Shown one piece after another: positions 21,174 through 32,235 of a DNA stretch of 64,000 bases. The notes under the pieces are model-generated. The model worked only from the letters and a program-made list of their open reading frames with translations. It was not told where the DNA came from and did no database searches. Position 1 is the stretch's first letter. The number at the start of each line of letters is the position of its first letter. Position numbers and translations under genes: made by a program. Origin of the DNA: an uncultured delta proteobacterium (GTDB lineage: Bacteria; Desulfobacterota; WTBG01; CAIYCZ01; CAIRTM01); the NCBI GenBank assembly GCA_963804955.1, contig CAWDSQ010000014.1:96001-160000 (forward strand), in the 5' to 3' direction.

Positions 21174-21698
21174 TCAAGGTGGCGCCTCTGCTGTTTTCAA
21201 GGCTGCGACAAGCTTTGAAAATTTAGATAAATAATATTTTTCAAGGTATCCGCGCGAATGAAGCGTCATCTGACGGGTACGGCCGAAAAGCACGTCAAAA
21301 GCATCTCTTCCCGTTGCATCAACCTTAAGGTTAATTGTAATATTTGTTGCGCGCTCATCCTGCGGGGAAATACGTATTGCAATATGGGCAACAGCCTGGC
21401 TCCAGAACATACCTGTGTCATCATGGGCATAGAGCCCGATATCGCCCGGCACAACATTTCGTTGCAGACTTATAAAACCGCTGTCTTTATCGGCAGAGGT
21501 CACAAGCTCGCCATCCTGCGTCACCGCCTCTATCAATTTTTTCCATGCTATGTCATACGGCACAGAAAATATCATGCTGTTATCAACTGCAGGGGCAACC
21601 TTCGGGGGATAGGTTGCGCAACCCGCGCTGAATAAACAGACTACACACGCTATAATCGGGGCTATGGGCCACCAAAACTGTTGGAATGTAGGCTTCAT
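21174..21698 (-). CDS. Hypothetical lipoprotein
   Basis: Hydrophobic leader with lipobox SAGC; 174 aa. Confidence 0.7.
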   Translation of the reverse strand: MKPTFQQFWWPIAPIIACVVCLFSAGCATYPPKVAPAVDNSMIFSVPYDIAWKKLIEAVTQDGELVTSADKDSGFISLQRNVVPGDIGLYAHDDTGMFWSQAVAHIAIRISPQDERATNITINLKVDATGRDAFDVLFGRTRQMTLHSRGYLEKYYLSKFSKLVAALKTAEAPP

Positions 21699-22013
21699 AT
21701 GAATTAATTATGAAATTACTGGCTGTGTTAGTCAAGGTTTTTATCAAAAAAAATAACAATAACTCAATTTTTTTCGGACCATGTTAAAAAATACTCCTCG
21801 ACATGCAGTGCCATAACCCGGCAGTCTGCGAATGAAGCGGCCTCTTTCTGCACAAAGCAGGGTTCACCATTACTGTAGAACAAGGCGGCTCTACCGCCCA
21901 CCTCCAAACATAATCCAATGGGCACAAAAAAACCTTGCGCCTGTTTGCAAAAAATGGTGTACTTATTACCGGTTACCCCAGCCTGTAAACTTTAAATACT
22001 GCAACAATCCGGT

Positions 22014-22040
22014 TAAGAACTGCACGTGCTGAACCGATAA
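22014..22040 (+). promoter_or_regulatory. Putative sigma28 (FliA) promoter of the chemosensory cluster
   Basis: TAAG-N15-ACCGATAA versus consensus TAAA-N15-GCCGATAA. Confidence 0.45.
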
Positions 22041-22276
22041 AATTAACTCGGCTAGAACATGGTCCAGCTACAACTTTCAATTGACTTGTATGCTTTTTAG
22101 CTTAATAATGTTTTATTATTAATACAGTTTTCATGCAGGCACTATCCTTGCTGTTATCTGCAACGTGATTGGTGCCTGTGCAGCAGTTCAATCCCCATCA
22201 AGCTGCACAGAGAACGCACGGGGGTAAAGACCCAAAGCAGTGGCCCGGATACTACGAGGGCAAGGAAAAAAAAGAC

Positions 22277-23443
22277 ATGCAGGAAAACAGGCCAGCATCC
22301 ACCAAGCCGCGGTCAAAGGCAACCATACTTGTCGTAGATGACAGCCCTACCATAAGAAAGCTTGTTTCAATGACCCTTGAAAGCAGGGGGTACTGCGTTG
22401 TTGTAGCCTGCGACGGCGTAGATGGTCTTGCAAAAATGCAGGAAGGAATTCCCGATCTGATTCTCTCTGATATATCCATGCCCAGGCTTGACGGCTATCA
22501 ATTCTGCAAGGTCGTTAAAAGCAACAAAGAAACAAAACACATTCCGGTTATAATGCTCTCTGGCAATGATGGTCTTTTTGACAAGGTCCGCGGCAAAATG
22601 GCGGGTTCTGCAAATTACATCACAAAGCCATTTGAGCCGAACCATCTGGTAAAAGAAATTGAGAGATTTGTTAAAACAGAGAGAGCCCCTGCGCCTGCGC
22701 CGCCCCCAAAACAGCCTGCAGCAGCCGCACAGGCGCCGGCTACAGCCGGCAGGGGCACAGTTGTTAAGCCCGTCGATGCTGAAGCGGCCAAACAAATTTC
22801 AAAAAAACTTTCAGGAATTTATATACCAACGGCTATGTCTTCCGGAAGCACCGGCCAAAGCCAGGCTATGCCCGGCGGAACCGGCCTGTCAGGCGGGGGG
22901 GGGAACAAACAGCTGCCGATGGGGCACAACCTCAAGCACCAGCGGCAAAACGGCCTGCGCCGAAACTCCATGATGAGCCGGAAATTAAAATTTTCTATCA
23001 CAACGAAGCTACTGCTGCGCCGCCCCCCGAACAGGCAGGCTCTCCTTCTCCTATGAACAAGGCTTCTGCTGGGGGTGGACCAGGGCAAGACCAGGGTTGC
23101 GCCACAGGCAGCACAACCTACTGCCGGCGCTGGATTAGGAGGCGGGCCGGCAGTAGCCGCTTCTGCCCAGGCTTCGAAAAATATTCCGCCCCCAGCAACT
23201 GGTTTGCAGCCCCAGCCTGTCCGGACTGCGCCTTCCGGCGCAGAGGTGCATCATACAGCACAACCTTCTGCCGCGCCACGGCCCGCTGCACCTCCCCCGT
23301 TGCGAGCAGCGGCGCCGACACAGCACGGCACCATAAAAGCAACCTGTCCCGGATGCCGCACTGTCTATACGAATATAAAGCCTGAGCATGTTGGCAAGTA
23401 TGCACGGTGCAAAAAATGCGAAACACGATTCCTGATCAGCTAG
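22277..23443 (+). CDS. PilG-like response regulator with Pro/Ala linker and C-terminal zinc ribbon (three apparent frameshifts in G/C runs at ~22900, ~23025, ~23072)
   Basis: VDDSPTIRK, DISMPRLDGYQFC and PilG-like LSGNDGLFDKVRGKMAG; C-terminal CPGC...CKKC. Confidence 0.75.
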
Positions 23444-23616
23444 TCCTTCGCCCGATGAAATATGATATGAGCATTGCAGTTTGTTGCACCAGGCACCGTT
23501 GCCAGGAAAGTATGTAATTTAATATAATCAATTAAAAGCATTGCTTTTTAAATTGAAAAAAGGTTAATTAAAAAACATATTTTTTTATAAATCCATACGA
23601 CAACCAGAGGAATGTC

Positions 23617-23982
23617 ATGGCCGAAAAAGCCATTTTAGTGGTAGATGACAACCAGCCTGAACTTGCCATGATGCAGGTGCTGCTGAAGTCAAAAGGCTTT
23701 ACCGTTATCACCGCAATTGACGGTGAAGAGGCTATTGCCAAGGCAACGGCACTGCACCCCCGGCTGATTCTGCTTGATGTCATCCTGCCGAAAAAAAATG
23801 GTTTTCAAGTCTGTCGTCAGCTGAAAACATCGCCGGAGACCAGGGATATTAAAATAATTATGGTCACCCAGAAAAATCAGGAAAGTGACCGTTTCTGGGG
23901 CCTCAAGCAGGGGGCAGACGACTACCTTACAAAACCCCTGAAGGATGAAGCACTGCTTTCATGCATTGCAAAGCATATGTAA
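23617..23982 (+). CDS. PilH-like single-domain response regulator
   Basis: DVILPKKNGFQVCRQLK and NQESDRFWGLKQGADDYLTKP resemble PilH. Confidence 0.88.
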   Translation: MAEKAILVVDDNQPELAMMQVLLKSKGFTVITAIDGEEAIAKATALHPRLILLDVILPKKNGFQVCRQLKTSPETRDIKIIMVTQKNQESDRFWGLKQGADDYLTKPLKDEALLSCIAKHM

Positions 23983-24051
23983 CAGCCGTGGATGCCTGCA
24001 GAAAGGCCGCGGGCTGCCACGGAGCAAGCCCTGATCAAGGATGAAAAATTG

Positions 24052-25841
24052 ATGCAGAGAGATCAATCAATTCGCCATATTGCACTTACCTGCCCGCACT
24101 GCGGCAAGCACTATAAAAAGGTGCCCTACGAGCTATAAAAAAGCATCAATTTGCATTCTGCAAACAGTGCAATAAAAAATTCCGCGTTGAACCCTCAGTG
24201 CTGGAAGCAGCGCTCAAACAGGCCGCGCTTGCCCTTGCCGGGCAGAGCCCGGAAGGCGCCGAATTACCGGGCCGACACACAGAAGATACACCAGACCCGG
24301 CCGGAGAGCAGGCATCGGGCACGGACCAGTCAGCACAGATGCATGATGCACAGACTATTCCCGGCCTGCAGAATATTGTGCAACAGGCTGCAGCGGCAGC
24401 ACAGGATTTTCTGCCGGAGCCATCAGCCGCAGATCAGCCGCTTGACGGCGGCATGCTGTCAAAGCTCTTTGACTCACAGCAAAGCCAGGCAGAAGAACAA
24501 CCGGGCATTCAGGGTTCTTTTCAACAAGACATTGATAAACTTGCATCTGCAATGGACGAAACATTTCATCAGCCGCAAGAGGCGCATCCGTCTGAGGATA
24601 CAGCAGGGGCTGCTGGTGAAAATATTTTTAGCGACAGCGCGCAGTTCGAGCAGCTCCTTGAAACAGCAATGGCTTCTCCTGCCCCTCCATCCGTCTCCGA
24701 TCGTAAGGAGCCTGCAGGCATGTCTGCCGGGGAATTGGTCCCCGGTCAGCCAGATGAGCCTGCTGCACAAGAAGACCTTGAGCGGGAAGATCGGAAAGAG
24801 CCCTTGATCCAGCATCAGGGCGACGATGCTCAACTCACAATTGCCACCAGCCCTGAAATCACTGAAGAACCCCTGGTCGAAGATCTGCCGCTTCCGGCAT
24901 CGACAGGACCTGCCATTGAGGATGAGACCTTTGAAGCAATAATGAAGGAGTTGTCTGGCGAGTCTCCTCTTGAAATTGCTGCAGAGCAGGAGCCGCTTGA
25001 GGCGCCACCGGCCGAAGATCTGGTGGCTCCGGCATCCATAGAAACCGCCATTCAGGATAAGACCATTGAAGAACTCATTGAAGAGCTGGATGTCGAGGCC
25101 CCTCTGGAGATTGATGCGGACCAGGAACAGGTTGAACAACCCATGGTCGAAAACGGGCTTGCCGCAACACAGGCAGAGACTGCTCCCGATGAAGAGCCAC
25201 TTGATGAATCCCTGATTGAAGAACCGGGCAGCGAACAATTCGAGCAGGAGAGCGTTTACGCCATCCAGGAGCAGGGGAAAAACCCTGCTGCAGCAAACCG
25301 GGACTTCCTGGCTTCACCGGGTGATACTGGGGGAAATCGTGACGTAGCAAGTATGCTCAAAGACCTTGTGCTGCCAACAGCCGATGCCAGGGAAGGAATG
25401 GAGCAGTTCGTGCTTTTCCCCCTGGGAGAGCAGCTGTTTGCAGCGCCGGTTGCCAATGTAGCAGAGCTCAGCCTGCCGCCTGATTTCATACTGCTGCCCA
25501 ACACACCGCAATGGCTCCTCGGCATCGCCAATATGCGCGGTGAGATTATCTCCATAGTAGACTTCAGAGGCTTTCTCAGCATGGATCAGGAAAGCATCAA
25601 AAAAACATCCCGCATGATTATTGCACAGACAATAGACCGGCAGATGATGGTTGGGCTGATTGTCGACAGGATCAACGGCATATACTATTTTGCCACTGAC
25701 GACATCCTCCCCGTTGAGCAGCAGGCAGCAGGCCAGGCAGCAGCATATGTAAGCGGAACCTGTGCGCACGAGGATACCGTTGTGGCAATTCTTGACCTTG
25801 AAAAACTGCTGCAGTCCCAGAAAATGAGGCAATTCCAATAA
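24052..25841 (+). CDS. cheW: CheW/PilI-like adaptor with N-terminal zinc ribbon and long acidic linker (frameshift near 24132)
   Basis: C-terminal LPNTPQWLLGIANMRGEIISIVD and GLIVD; upstream frames give CPHC...CKQC from ATG 24052. Confidence 0.8.
24870..25230 (+). repeat. 135-bp (45-aa) degenerate tandem repeat, about 2.7 copies, inside the CheW linker
   Basis: Units start at 24870, 25005 and 25140 (PLVEDL / PPAEDL / PMVENG; AIEDETFE / AIQDKTIE; PLEIAAEQE / PLEIDADQE). Confidence 0.7.
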
Positions 25842-25884
25842 TACTAAAAACAAATAAAATCTTTATTGGCAAAGGAGTACGAGA

Positions 25885-28041
25885 ATGAAATCGAAAAGCG
25901 GAAGCGCACGTGCCGAATCGAGCGGAAAATCCGGAGGCACCCCGTTTAGAAGCATCAAAAAAAAGCTCTACGTTTCATTCGGTTGCCTGATCCTGATTTT
26001 TTTCCTGGTCAGCCTGGGAGCCATTGGCAGCCAGCTTTATCTCAACAACAGTGTAACAAATCTTCTCAATACAGAAATCCGCTTTTCGGAACTGTTGAAG
26101 GCTTCTGAGTCAGGGATGCAGGGCGCTCAGGTGCTTGAGCATGATTTTTTCGCCAATTACCGTGAGCGCGGTTTCGAAGCGGCAAAAGCCCTGCTCAATG
26201 AGGCGGAAGACCAGTTTCAAGCCATCCATAAAAACCTCCGCGACATTCGGCAGCTGGCTATCGGGCAGGAAAATATAGATAAAGCGGAAGCCTGCGACAG
26301 GGCAGTATCGCTCTACCAGTCCGGGCTGCGCACCGCCGTAGCCATTATTGAAAAGCGTGTTGCTGCTGACGGGCCCGAATCTCAGTTGCGGACCGCAGGC
26401 CAGGCTCTGGAAGATTTTTTCCATTCGCGAAGCATGAACGCTGCAGGCATACAGCTTATGCGCATGTATGAGCAGCGGTATCTCATGGGCGAAAGCAAAG
26501 CCGGAGGCATACTTGCCGATGCGATTGCACAAATCAAGAACCAGATGGAAACGGCCCGGCTCTCCGACGGCGACGGGGAACAGCTCAACCGGCTCTGCAC
26601 CGTCTATGCATCCGCCCTTGAGAAAGCCAGAAACATGGATGCGCAACTGCAAAAAACCATTGCCGACTACCGCATCATCGACAGCAAAATCAAGCCCATG
26701 CTCGTGTCCCTTCACGCTGCCGCAACCCGCGAAAAAAATATGGCGGTTGATGCTATGAAAAAAATGGCCGGCATCACACTGGCCGCGACTGCGGCAGCCT
26801 TTTTGCTCGTTCTTGTTGCCGGCTTTGCAGCAGCAGGGCAGCTCGCCAGGGGCATCACCCGTCAGGCGCAGAATATAATGGGTATTTTTAACAAAATAAG
26901 CATTGGAGACTACAGCGCCCGCGCTCAGGTAACATCAAACGACGAGCTGGGCGCCATGGCGCGATCCCTCAACACCATGCTTGATAATATTTTCGAGCTT
27001 ATTCAGACCCGGGAAGAACGCAACACCATGCAGGCCTCGCTGATGAAACTGCTTGACGATGTGAGCGGCATCGCCGATGGCGATCTCTCCAAGGAGGCCG
27101 AGGTTACCCAGGACTTCACCGGAGCCATCGCCGATGCATTTAACTTCGCCATCATGCAGCTGAGGCAAATCGTCCACAGCGTTCAGGACTCGACCTTCAA
27201 AGTCGGCTCGTCGGCAAGCGAAATTTCATCAGCCGCTGAAAAACTTGCCAGAGACAATGAGATAACCGCCGCGCGTATCGTTGAGACAACGGCGACAGTA
27301 AAGGAAATGGCGCTTTCCGCGCGGAACGTTTCTGAAAACGCCATACAGTCAGCGTCAGTATCCGATCAGGCTCTCGATACCGCAAAACAGGGCGCGCAGG
27401 CCGTGCTCGACACAATTGATGGCATGAACCGTATCCGGGACAGGGTTCAGGAAACAGCAAAGCGCATTAAACGTCTGGGTGAAAGCTCACAGGAAATCGG
27501 AGATATCGTCCAGATGATCAACGACATAGCCGACCGCACCAGTATTCTGGCCATGAATGCCTCTATCCAGGCCGCCATGTCAGGCGAGTCGGGCCGTGGC
27601 TTTGCCGTCGTTGCGGAAGAAGTTGAGCGCCTGGCGCAGCGCTCTGCAAAAGCCACAAAACAGATCACCGAACTTGTCAAAACGATTCAGTCGGAAACCA
27701 ATGAAACAGTTATTGCCATGGAAGAAACAACTCATGAAGTGGTTTCCGGCTCCGATCTGGCAAATGATGCCGGCCAGGCTCTCAATCAGATCGAAACTGT
27801 TTCAAGCACCATGGCCGATATCATCAAATCGATTTCTCAGGCAGCACAGAATCAGGCCCGCAGTTCCGATGAGGTAGCACAGATAATGAACGAGATATCC
27901 GAGGCAACGCAGCAGGCTGCGGCTGGGGTCAGGCAGGCGGCTCTGTCCATTACGAGCCTTGCCCGCATGGCCGAGGATCTCCGCGGATCGGTAAACGTGT
28001 TCAAACTGCCGGACGATGAAAAGCCGCGACTGAACGCATGA
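25885..28041 (+). CDS. PilJ-like methyl-accepting chemotaxis protein
   Basis: Two TMs, HAMP domains, signalling tip [47 protein letters not shown] is PilJ-like. Confidence 0.93.
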   Translation: MKSKSGSARAESSGKSGGTPFRSIKKKLYVSFGCLILIFFLVSLGAIGSQLYLNNSVTNLLNTEIRFSELLKASESGMQGAQVLEHDFFANYRERGFEAAKALLNEAEDQFQAIHKNLRDIRQLAIGQENIDKAEACDRAVSLYQSGLRTAVAIIEKRVAADGPESQLRTAGQALEDFFHSRSMNAAGIQLMRMYEQRYLMGESKAGGILADAIAQIKNQMETARLSDGDGEQLNRLCTVYASALEKARNMDAQLQKTIADYRIIDSKIKPMLVSLHAAATREKNMAVDAMKKMAGITLAATAAAFLLVLVAGFAAAGQLARGITRQAQNIMGIFNKISIGDYSARAQVTSNDELGAMARSLNTMLDNIFELIQTREERNTMQASLMKLLDDVSGIADGDLSKEAEVTQDFTGAIADAFNFAIMQLRQIVHSVQDSTFKVGSSASEISSAAEKLARDNEITAARIVETTATVKEMALSARNVSENAIQSASVSDQALDTAKQGAQAVLDTIDGMNRIRDRVQETAKRIKRLGESSQEIGDIVQMINDIADRTSILAMNASIQAAMSGESGRGFAVVAEEVERLAQRSAKATKQITELVKTIQSETNETVIAMEETTHEVVSGSDLANDAGQALNQIETVSSTMADIIKSISQAAQNQARSSDEVAQIMNEISEATQQAAAGVRQAALSITSLARMAEDLRGSVNVFKLPDDEKPRLNA

Positions 28042-28128
28042 ACAAACTGACGTTTGACGGGCCATGCCCATACAGGGCCTTCCCCGTGCTGACATGACAC
28101 GAAACGCCTGCATATAAGCGATATCGGT

Positions 28129-31029
28129 ATGACATACAAGGTGCAACAGGAAGTTCTCGATGGATTCATAGCGGAGGCGCAAAGCTATCTGCCTTCAATC
28201 CGGGAAGGAATTTTTGCGTTTCAAAGCAGTCCGGATAATACCGGACTTCTTGAGGAAGCATACCGCCAGGCGCACATCATTAAAGGTGCAGCCTCCATGG
28301 TCGGCCTGCCGGAGCTGAGCTATCTGGCAGGTTTTGTCGAGCAGATTCTGGAAGAAATTCTCAACGGGACCATCAGCCTGAACATGCAGGCCCTTGCCGT
28401 GCTGGACAACGGCCTGTCCTGTATTGAAGCCTGCCTTGACCGGCTCGGGGAAAATCTTGACGATTTAAGAACTATCGTCAGCGCCCTGTTCATTGCCTAC
28501 CGGAGACTGGCCGGGCTTCCTGCGGACGAAGACAGCGACGCAGTGGCGGAAATAATGGATGCTATTGCCGCATATTATGAAAAAATGGAGGCTGAGGTTC
28601 TTGAGGAAGATGCTTTTGCCGAGCAGTCCGAAGAGCCGGCCGTTTCAGCACCGCCTGCCGAGCACGCAGTGCCGGTGATGACAGACATACCCCCCGAGCT
28701 GCTTGAAGTGTTCCTGCTCGAAGCCGAAGATCACTTAAAAAATATCACTGTTTTTCTCGCATCTCTGAAGCAGAACCCCGTTCAAAAAGATGTCCTTCAA
28801 AGTCTTCGACGCAGCGTGCATACGCTCAAGGGTTCGTCTGCGGCAGTCGGTTTCCGCGTCGTATCGACACTGGCCCATCGCATGGAGGACCTGCTTGACC
28901 GGCTTTTTGAAGGAGCGCAAAAACTCGATCAGAGTATTCTCGAACTGCTCACGTCATCTGCTGAAGCACTTGAGGACCTTGCCTCCAATACGGCTGATAA
29001 CACCTTTGTTCAGAGCCTCTACGACAAATATGACCGCCTGCTTCAGTCAAAGGAACAAAAAGCCGCTCCGGCAGAAAAAAAACCCGAAGCGCCACAGGCT
29101 GCGGCGCCAGGTGAACCTGCACAGCCCGTTGCGGCGCCGGTACCGGCACATGCCAAGCCCGAAGAAATGGTGCGCATCGGCATGGACCGTATCGATGAAA
29201 TCATGCGGCTCATGGGTGAGCTTGTCATCAGCAGAAGCTCCATTGAACAATATATCACTGATCTCACCAACAGGGTCGAAAACATGGCGCCGACCATCGA
29301 GCGCCTGAAAAAAGTCTCGGAGCGGCTGGAAACCGAGTATGAAATCAGCGCTCTTGGCGACGGCCTTGCCAGCCGGCGCGGCAAGGCCCTGTCAGACGGA
29401 CGCCGGTCGATGCCGGTTTTTGCCGAACATGATTTTGACGAACTTGAGCTTGACCGGTATACCGAATTTCATCATCTGCTGCGCCAGCTCGCCGAAACGA
29501 TCTCCGACATCAAGCTGATCAATACCGATCTGGGCAATGTGACCAGCGACTTTGAAAGCATGTCGCACGTGCAGGGCAGGCTCTCGAGCGACATGCAGGA
29601 CAAGCTTATGAAAATACGCATGATGCCGATCGCCTCAATTGCAGCCCGCATGCGGCAGATCGTGCGCGTCATTGCTCTGGCGCAGAACAAGCTGGTGGAT
29701 ATGGTGATCGAAGGCGAGCAGATGGAAATTGACAAAAAAGTGCTCGACAGCATGATTGATCCGCTCATGCACATCCTGCGCAACAATGTCGATCATGGCA
29801 TCGAACCCCCCGAGGAGCGCAAGGCAAAGGGGAAAACGGAGCGGGGAATTATCCGGCTGCGAGCATACTACTCGGGCAATAAAATCGTTCTTGCCATCAG
29901 CGACGACGGCAGAGGGCTGGATGCGGACAAAATCCGCCGCAAGGCAATCGCCGCCGGGTATATCGATGAAGAGGGAGCGGCCCGGCTGACCAGTCAGGAT
30001 ATATTTCAATATGTGCTCCTGCCGAATTTCAGTACGGCCGACAAAATAAGCGAGTTCTCAGGACGCGGCGTCGGCATGGATGTGGTAAAAACACAGGTCA
30101 CAGCCCTCCAGGGAACAGTTGAAATCGAATCTGTCAAGGGCCAGGGCACGCTGGTCATCATCCGCCTGCCCATGTCGCTTGCCGTGACACGATCCCTTCT
30201 GATGAAATCGTACAACAACACTTTTGCAGTTCCCCTCGGGTTCATCAAGCAGGTCCTGCGCCTTGAGCCCGGCGAAATCGAGCAGACCAGAGACGGCGGG
30301 ATCGTGCATGTTGAAGATATTCCCTATCCGCTTCTGCGTCTGGGCGATGTCCTGGGGCTCCCGCGCCCGGCAGATTATGAGGAATCTCAAACACCCCTGG
30401 TGCTCCTGCTGGATATAGGCGCGCAATATATCGCCATGACCATTGATGAGCTGCTGGGAGAGCGCGAAATCGTCGTAAAAAACCTGGGGACACACCTGCG
30501 GCGCGTACCCGGCATTGCGGGCGCGACTCTTCTTGGCGACGGCTCGGTGGTGCTGATTCTCAATCCGCTTGATCTTGCCTCGCTGCAGTCCCAGAACAAG
30601 GGGATAAGCCGCACTCTTGCTGAGCAGGAAAAAACCCCTGCGGAAAAAATGCTCTCGGTGCTCATCGTTGATGATTCCGTAAGCGTTCGCATGATCATGA
30701 CCAACTTCATAAAAAGCTCAGGATGGCTGCCCATAACGGCAAAAGACGGCGTCGAGGCGCTGGAAATACTCCAGGCCGTTTCTCAGCAGCCCGACATCAT
30801 TCTGCTCGATGTGGAAATGCCGCGCATGGATGGGTATGAACTGCTGTCGCGCCTCAAAAGCAACGCTGTCCACAGAAGCATTCCCGTTGTGATGATTACG
30901 TCGCGATCAAGCGAAAAGCATCGCATGAAAGCGCTTGAAATGGGCGCTGCCGACTATGTGATCAAGCCCTACCAGGATGACCTCCTGAAAAATCTCATAG
31001 AGCATCTGATATCACAGCCCAAGTTCTGA
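28129..31029 (+). CDS. cheA: ChpA-like CheA hybrid kinase (2 Hpt, HATPase, CheW, REC)
   Basis: AHIIKG and VHTLKG Hpt motifs, FDELELDRY, HILRNNVDHGIE, SGRGVGMDVV and C-terminal receiver. Confidence 0.93.
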   Translation: MTYKVQQEVLDGFIAEAQSYLPSIREGIFAFQSSPDNTGLLEEAYRQAHIIKGAASMVGLPELSYLAGFVEQILEEILNGTISLNMQALAVLDNGLSCIEACLDRLGENLDDLRTIVSALFIAYRRLAGLPADEDSDAVAEIMDAIAAYYEKMEAEVLEEDAFAEQSEEPAVSAPPAEHAVPVMTDIPPELLEVFLLEAEDHLKNITVFLASLKQNPVQKDVLQSLRRSVHTLKGSSAAVGFRVVSTLAHRMEDLLDRLFEGAQKLDQSILELLTSSAEALEDLASNTADNTFVQSLYDKYDRLLQSKEQKAAPAEKKPEAPQAAAPGEPAQPVAAPVPAHAKPEEMVRIGMDRIDEIMRLMGELVISRSSIEQYITDLTNRVENMAPTIERLKKVSERLETEYEISALGDGLASRRGKALSDGRRSMPVFAEHDFDELELDRYTEFHHLLRQLAETISDIKLINTDLGNVTSDFESMSHVQGRLSSDMQDKLMKIRMMPIASIAARMRQIVRVIALAQNKLVDMVIEGEQMEIDKKVLDSMIDPLMHILRNNVDHGIEPPEERKAKGKTERGIIRLRAYYSGNKIVLAISDDGRGLDADKIRRKAIAAGYIDEEGAARLTSQDIFQYVLLPNFSTADKISEFSGRGVGMDVVKTQVTALQGTVEIESVKGQGTLVIIRLPMSLAVTRSLLMKSYNNTFAVPLGFIKQVLRLEPGEIEQTRDGGIVHVEDIPYPLLRLGDVLGLPRPADYEESQTPLVLLLDIGAQYIAMTIDELLGEREIVVKNLGTHLRRVPGIAGATLLGDGSVVLILNPLDLASLQSQNKGISRTLAEQEKTPAEKMLSVLIVDDSVSVRMIMTNFIKSSGWLPITAKDGVEALEILQAVSQQPDIILLDVEMPRMDGYELLSRLKSNAVHRSIPVVMITSRSSEKHRMKALEMGAADYVIKPYQDDLLKNLIEHLISQPKF

Positions 31030-31254
31030 AGCTGCTGCATTCCAAATGCCGTACGTTTAAAAACCGGTTTCTCTCGAAAATTTTGCCGCTTTGGTCAACA
31101 CCCCGTGGGTGAACCCCGCGTTCGGGTGAAGAAACTGGAGCTGAGTGAACACAAACCTCAAAACGATATATCCCGAAACAGCACACCTGTAAAAAAGCCG
31201 TAATGTGCGTGATGCGCCATGGCTTTTTCTTTGCGCCCGGCATACGGGCAGGCT

Positions 31255-32225
31255 CTACATCAGCGTTTTTTTTCTTGTGCAGGCGTTCGCTGGCAGGCAG
31301 AGGGATTGAAGCACCGCAAGCGTTTTATTGCCAAGGCCTTGGGGCACTTTCAAGGTATAGCTCCCGTTGGGCAGCAGGTAGCCGGTAAACTCGGGGTTAA
31401 GCTCTTTAATAATTTTAAAGTCCGTGCCGATGCCCTGAGCCACATCGGTTATATGAACGGGGTTTCCCAGCTTCACGGCGATCGAATCGCTTGTAACCGG
31501 TGCATAGATATGCTCTTTGGGAATAGCATAGCCGTACCGCTCCGGATGCTGCATGATCAGCTTTATAGCCGCAATGCGAAAAACAAACCGCTCTGTTTCA
31601 AGAGGCAGATTCAAGCGGTAATAATCGGACACTTTTTGTATGTCCATCTCGCGGCGCAGGCGCGCTTCGCCGCAGTTATAGGCGGCAAGGGCCAGAGTCC
31701 AGCAGCCGAATTCCTGCCGCAAGCCCTGCAGGTACCGCAGGGCTGCACGGGTGGCTATTTCAGGACTGTTGCGCTCGTCAACAAGCTCGTCTTTGCGAAG
31801 GCCATTGCGCACACCTGTTTCCTCGATCATCTGCCAGGTTCCCACAGCCCCCTTATTCGATTCAATATAGGCAAGCAGCGAGCTTTCGGCAACGGCAAGG
31901 TATTTCAAATCATCCGGCATACCGAGCTCTGCAAGTTTTTTTTCAATCAGCGGAAAAACCCTGCCGGCGCGCTTAATCCACATAAACACCTGCGCCTGCC
32001 CCCAGGCCGATATTGTCAGCTCCCTGTCCAGCATCTCACGCACGGCGGGTATCCGGAGAGGCAAGGCTTCACCGCAGACGGAAACACTTTCCGGCACAGC
32101 CACATCCCGGTACACGATCATGGCTTCTTCCCGGGCTGAGGCCACCGTTCCGGCAGCACTCTGGCAACAAAAATTGCACATATCAGACCATACCGCTGCA
32201 GAGAAAAAACAACCATTGCCCGCAT
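31255..32225 (-). CDS. MltD-like lytic transglycosylase (probable frameshift near 32170)
   Basis: LKYLAVAES, GAVGTWQ, VDER, ALAAYNCGE and LPLETERFV; upstream ATG 32225 has a GAGG SD in another frame. Confidence 0.85.
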
Positions 32226-32235
32226 GGAAACCTCT

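Noticed and set aside
21700..22276. Possible c-di-GMP riboswitch upstream of the chemosensory cluster
   Set aside because: No GEMM-type two-hairpin GGCAAA...GAAA...GCAAA pattern found by eye
31094..31122. Second GTCAAC-hairpin resembling an IS605 end
   Set aside because: Stem is too imperfect to support a call
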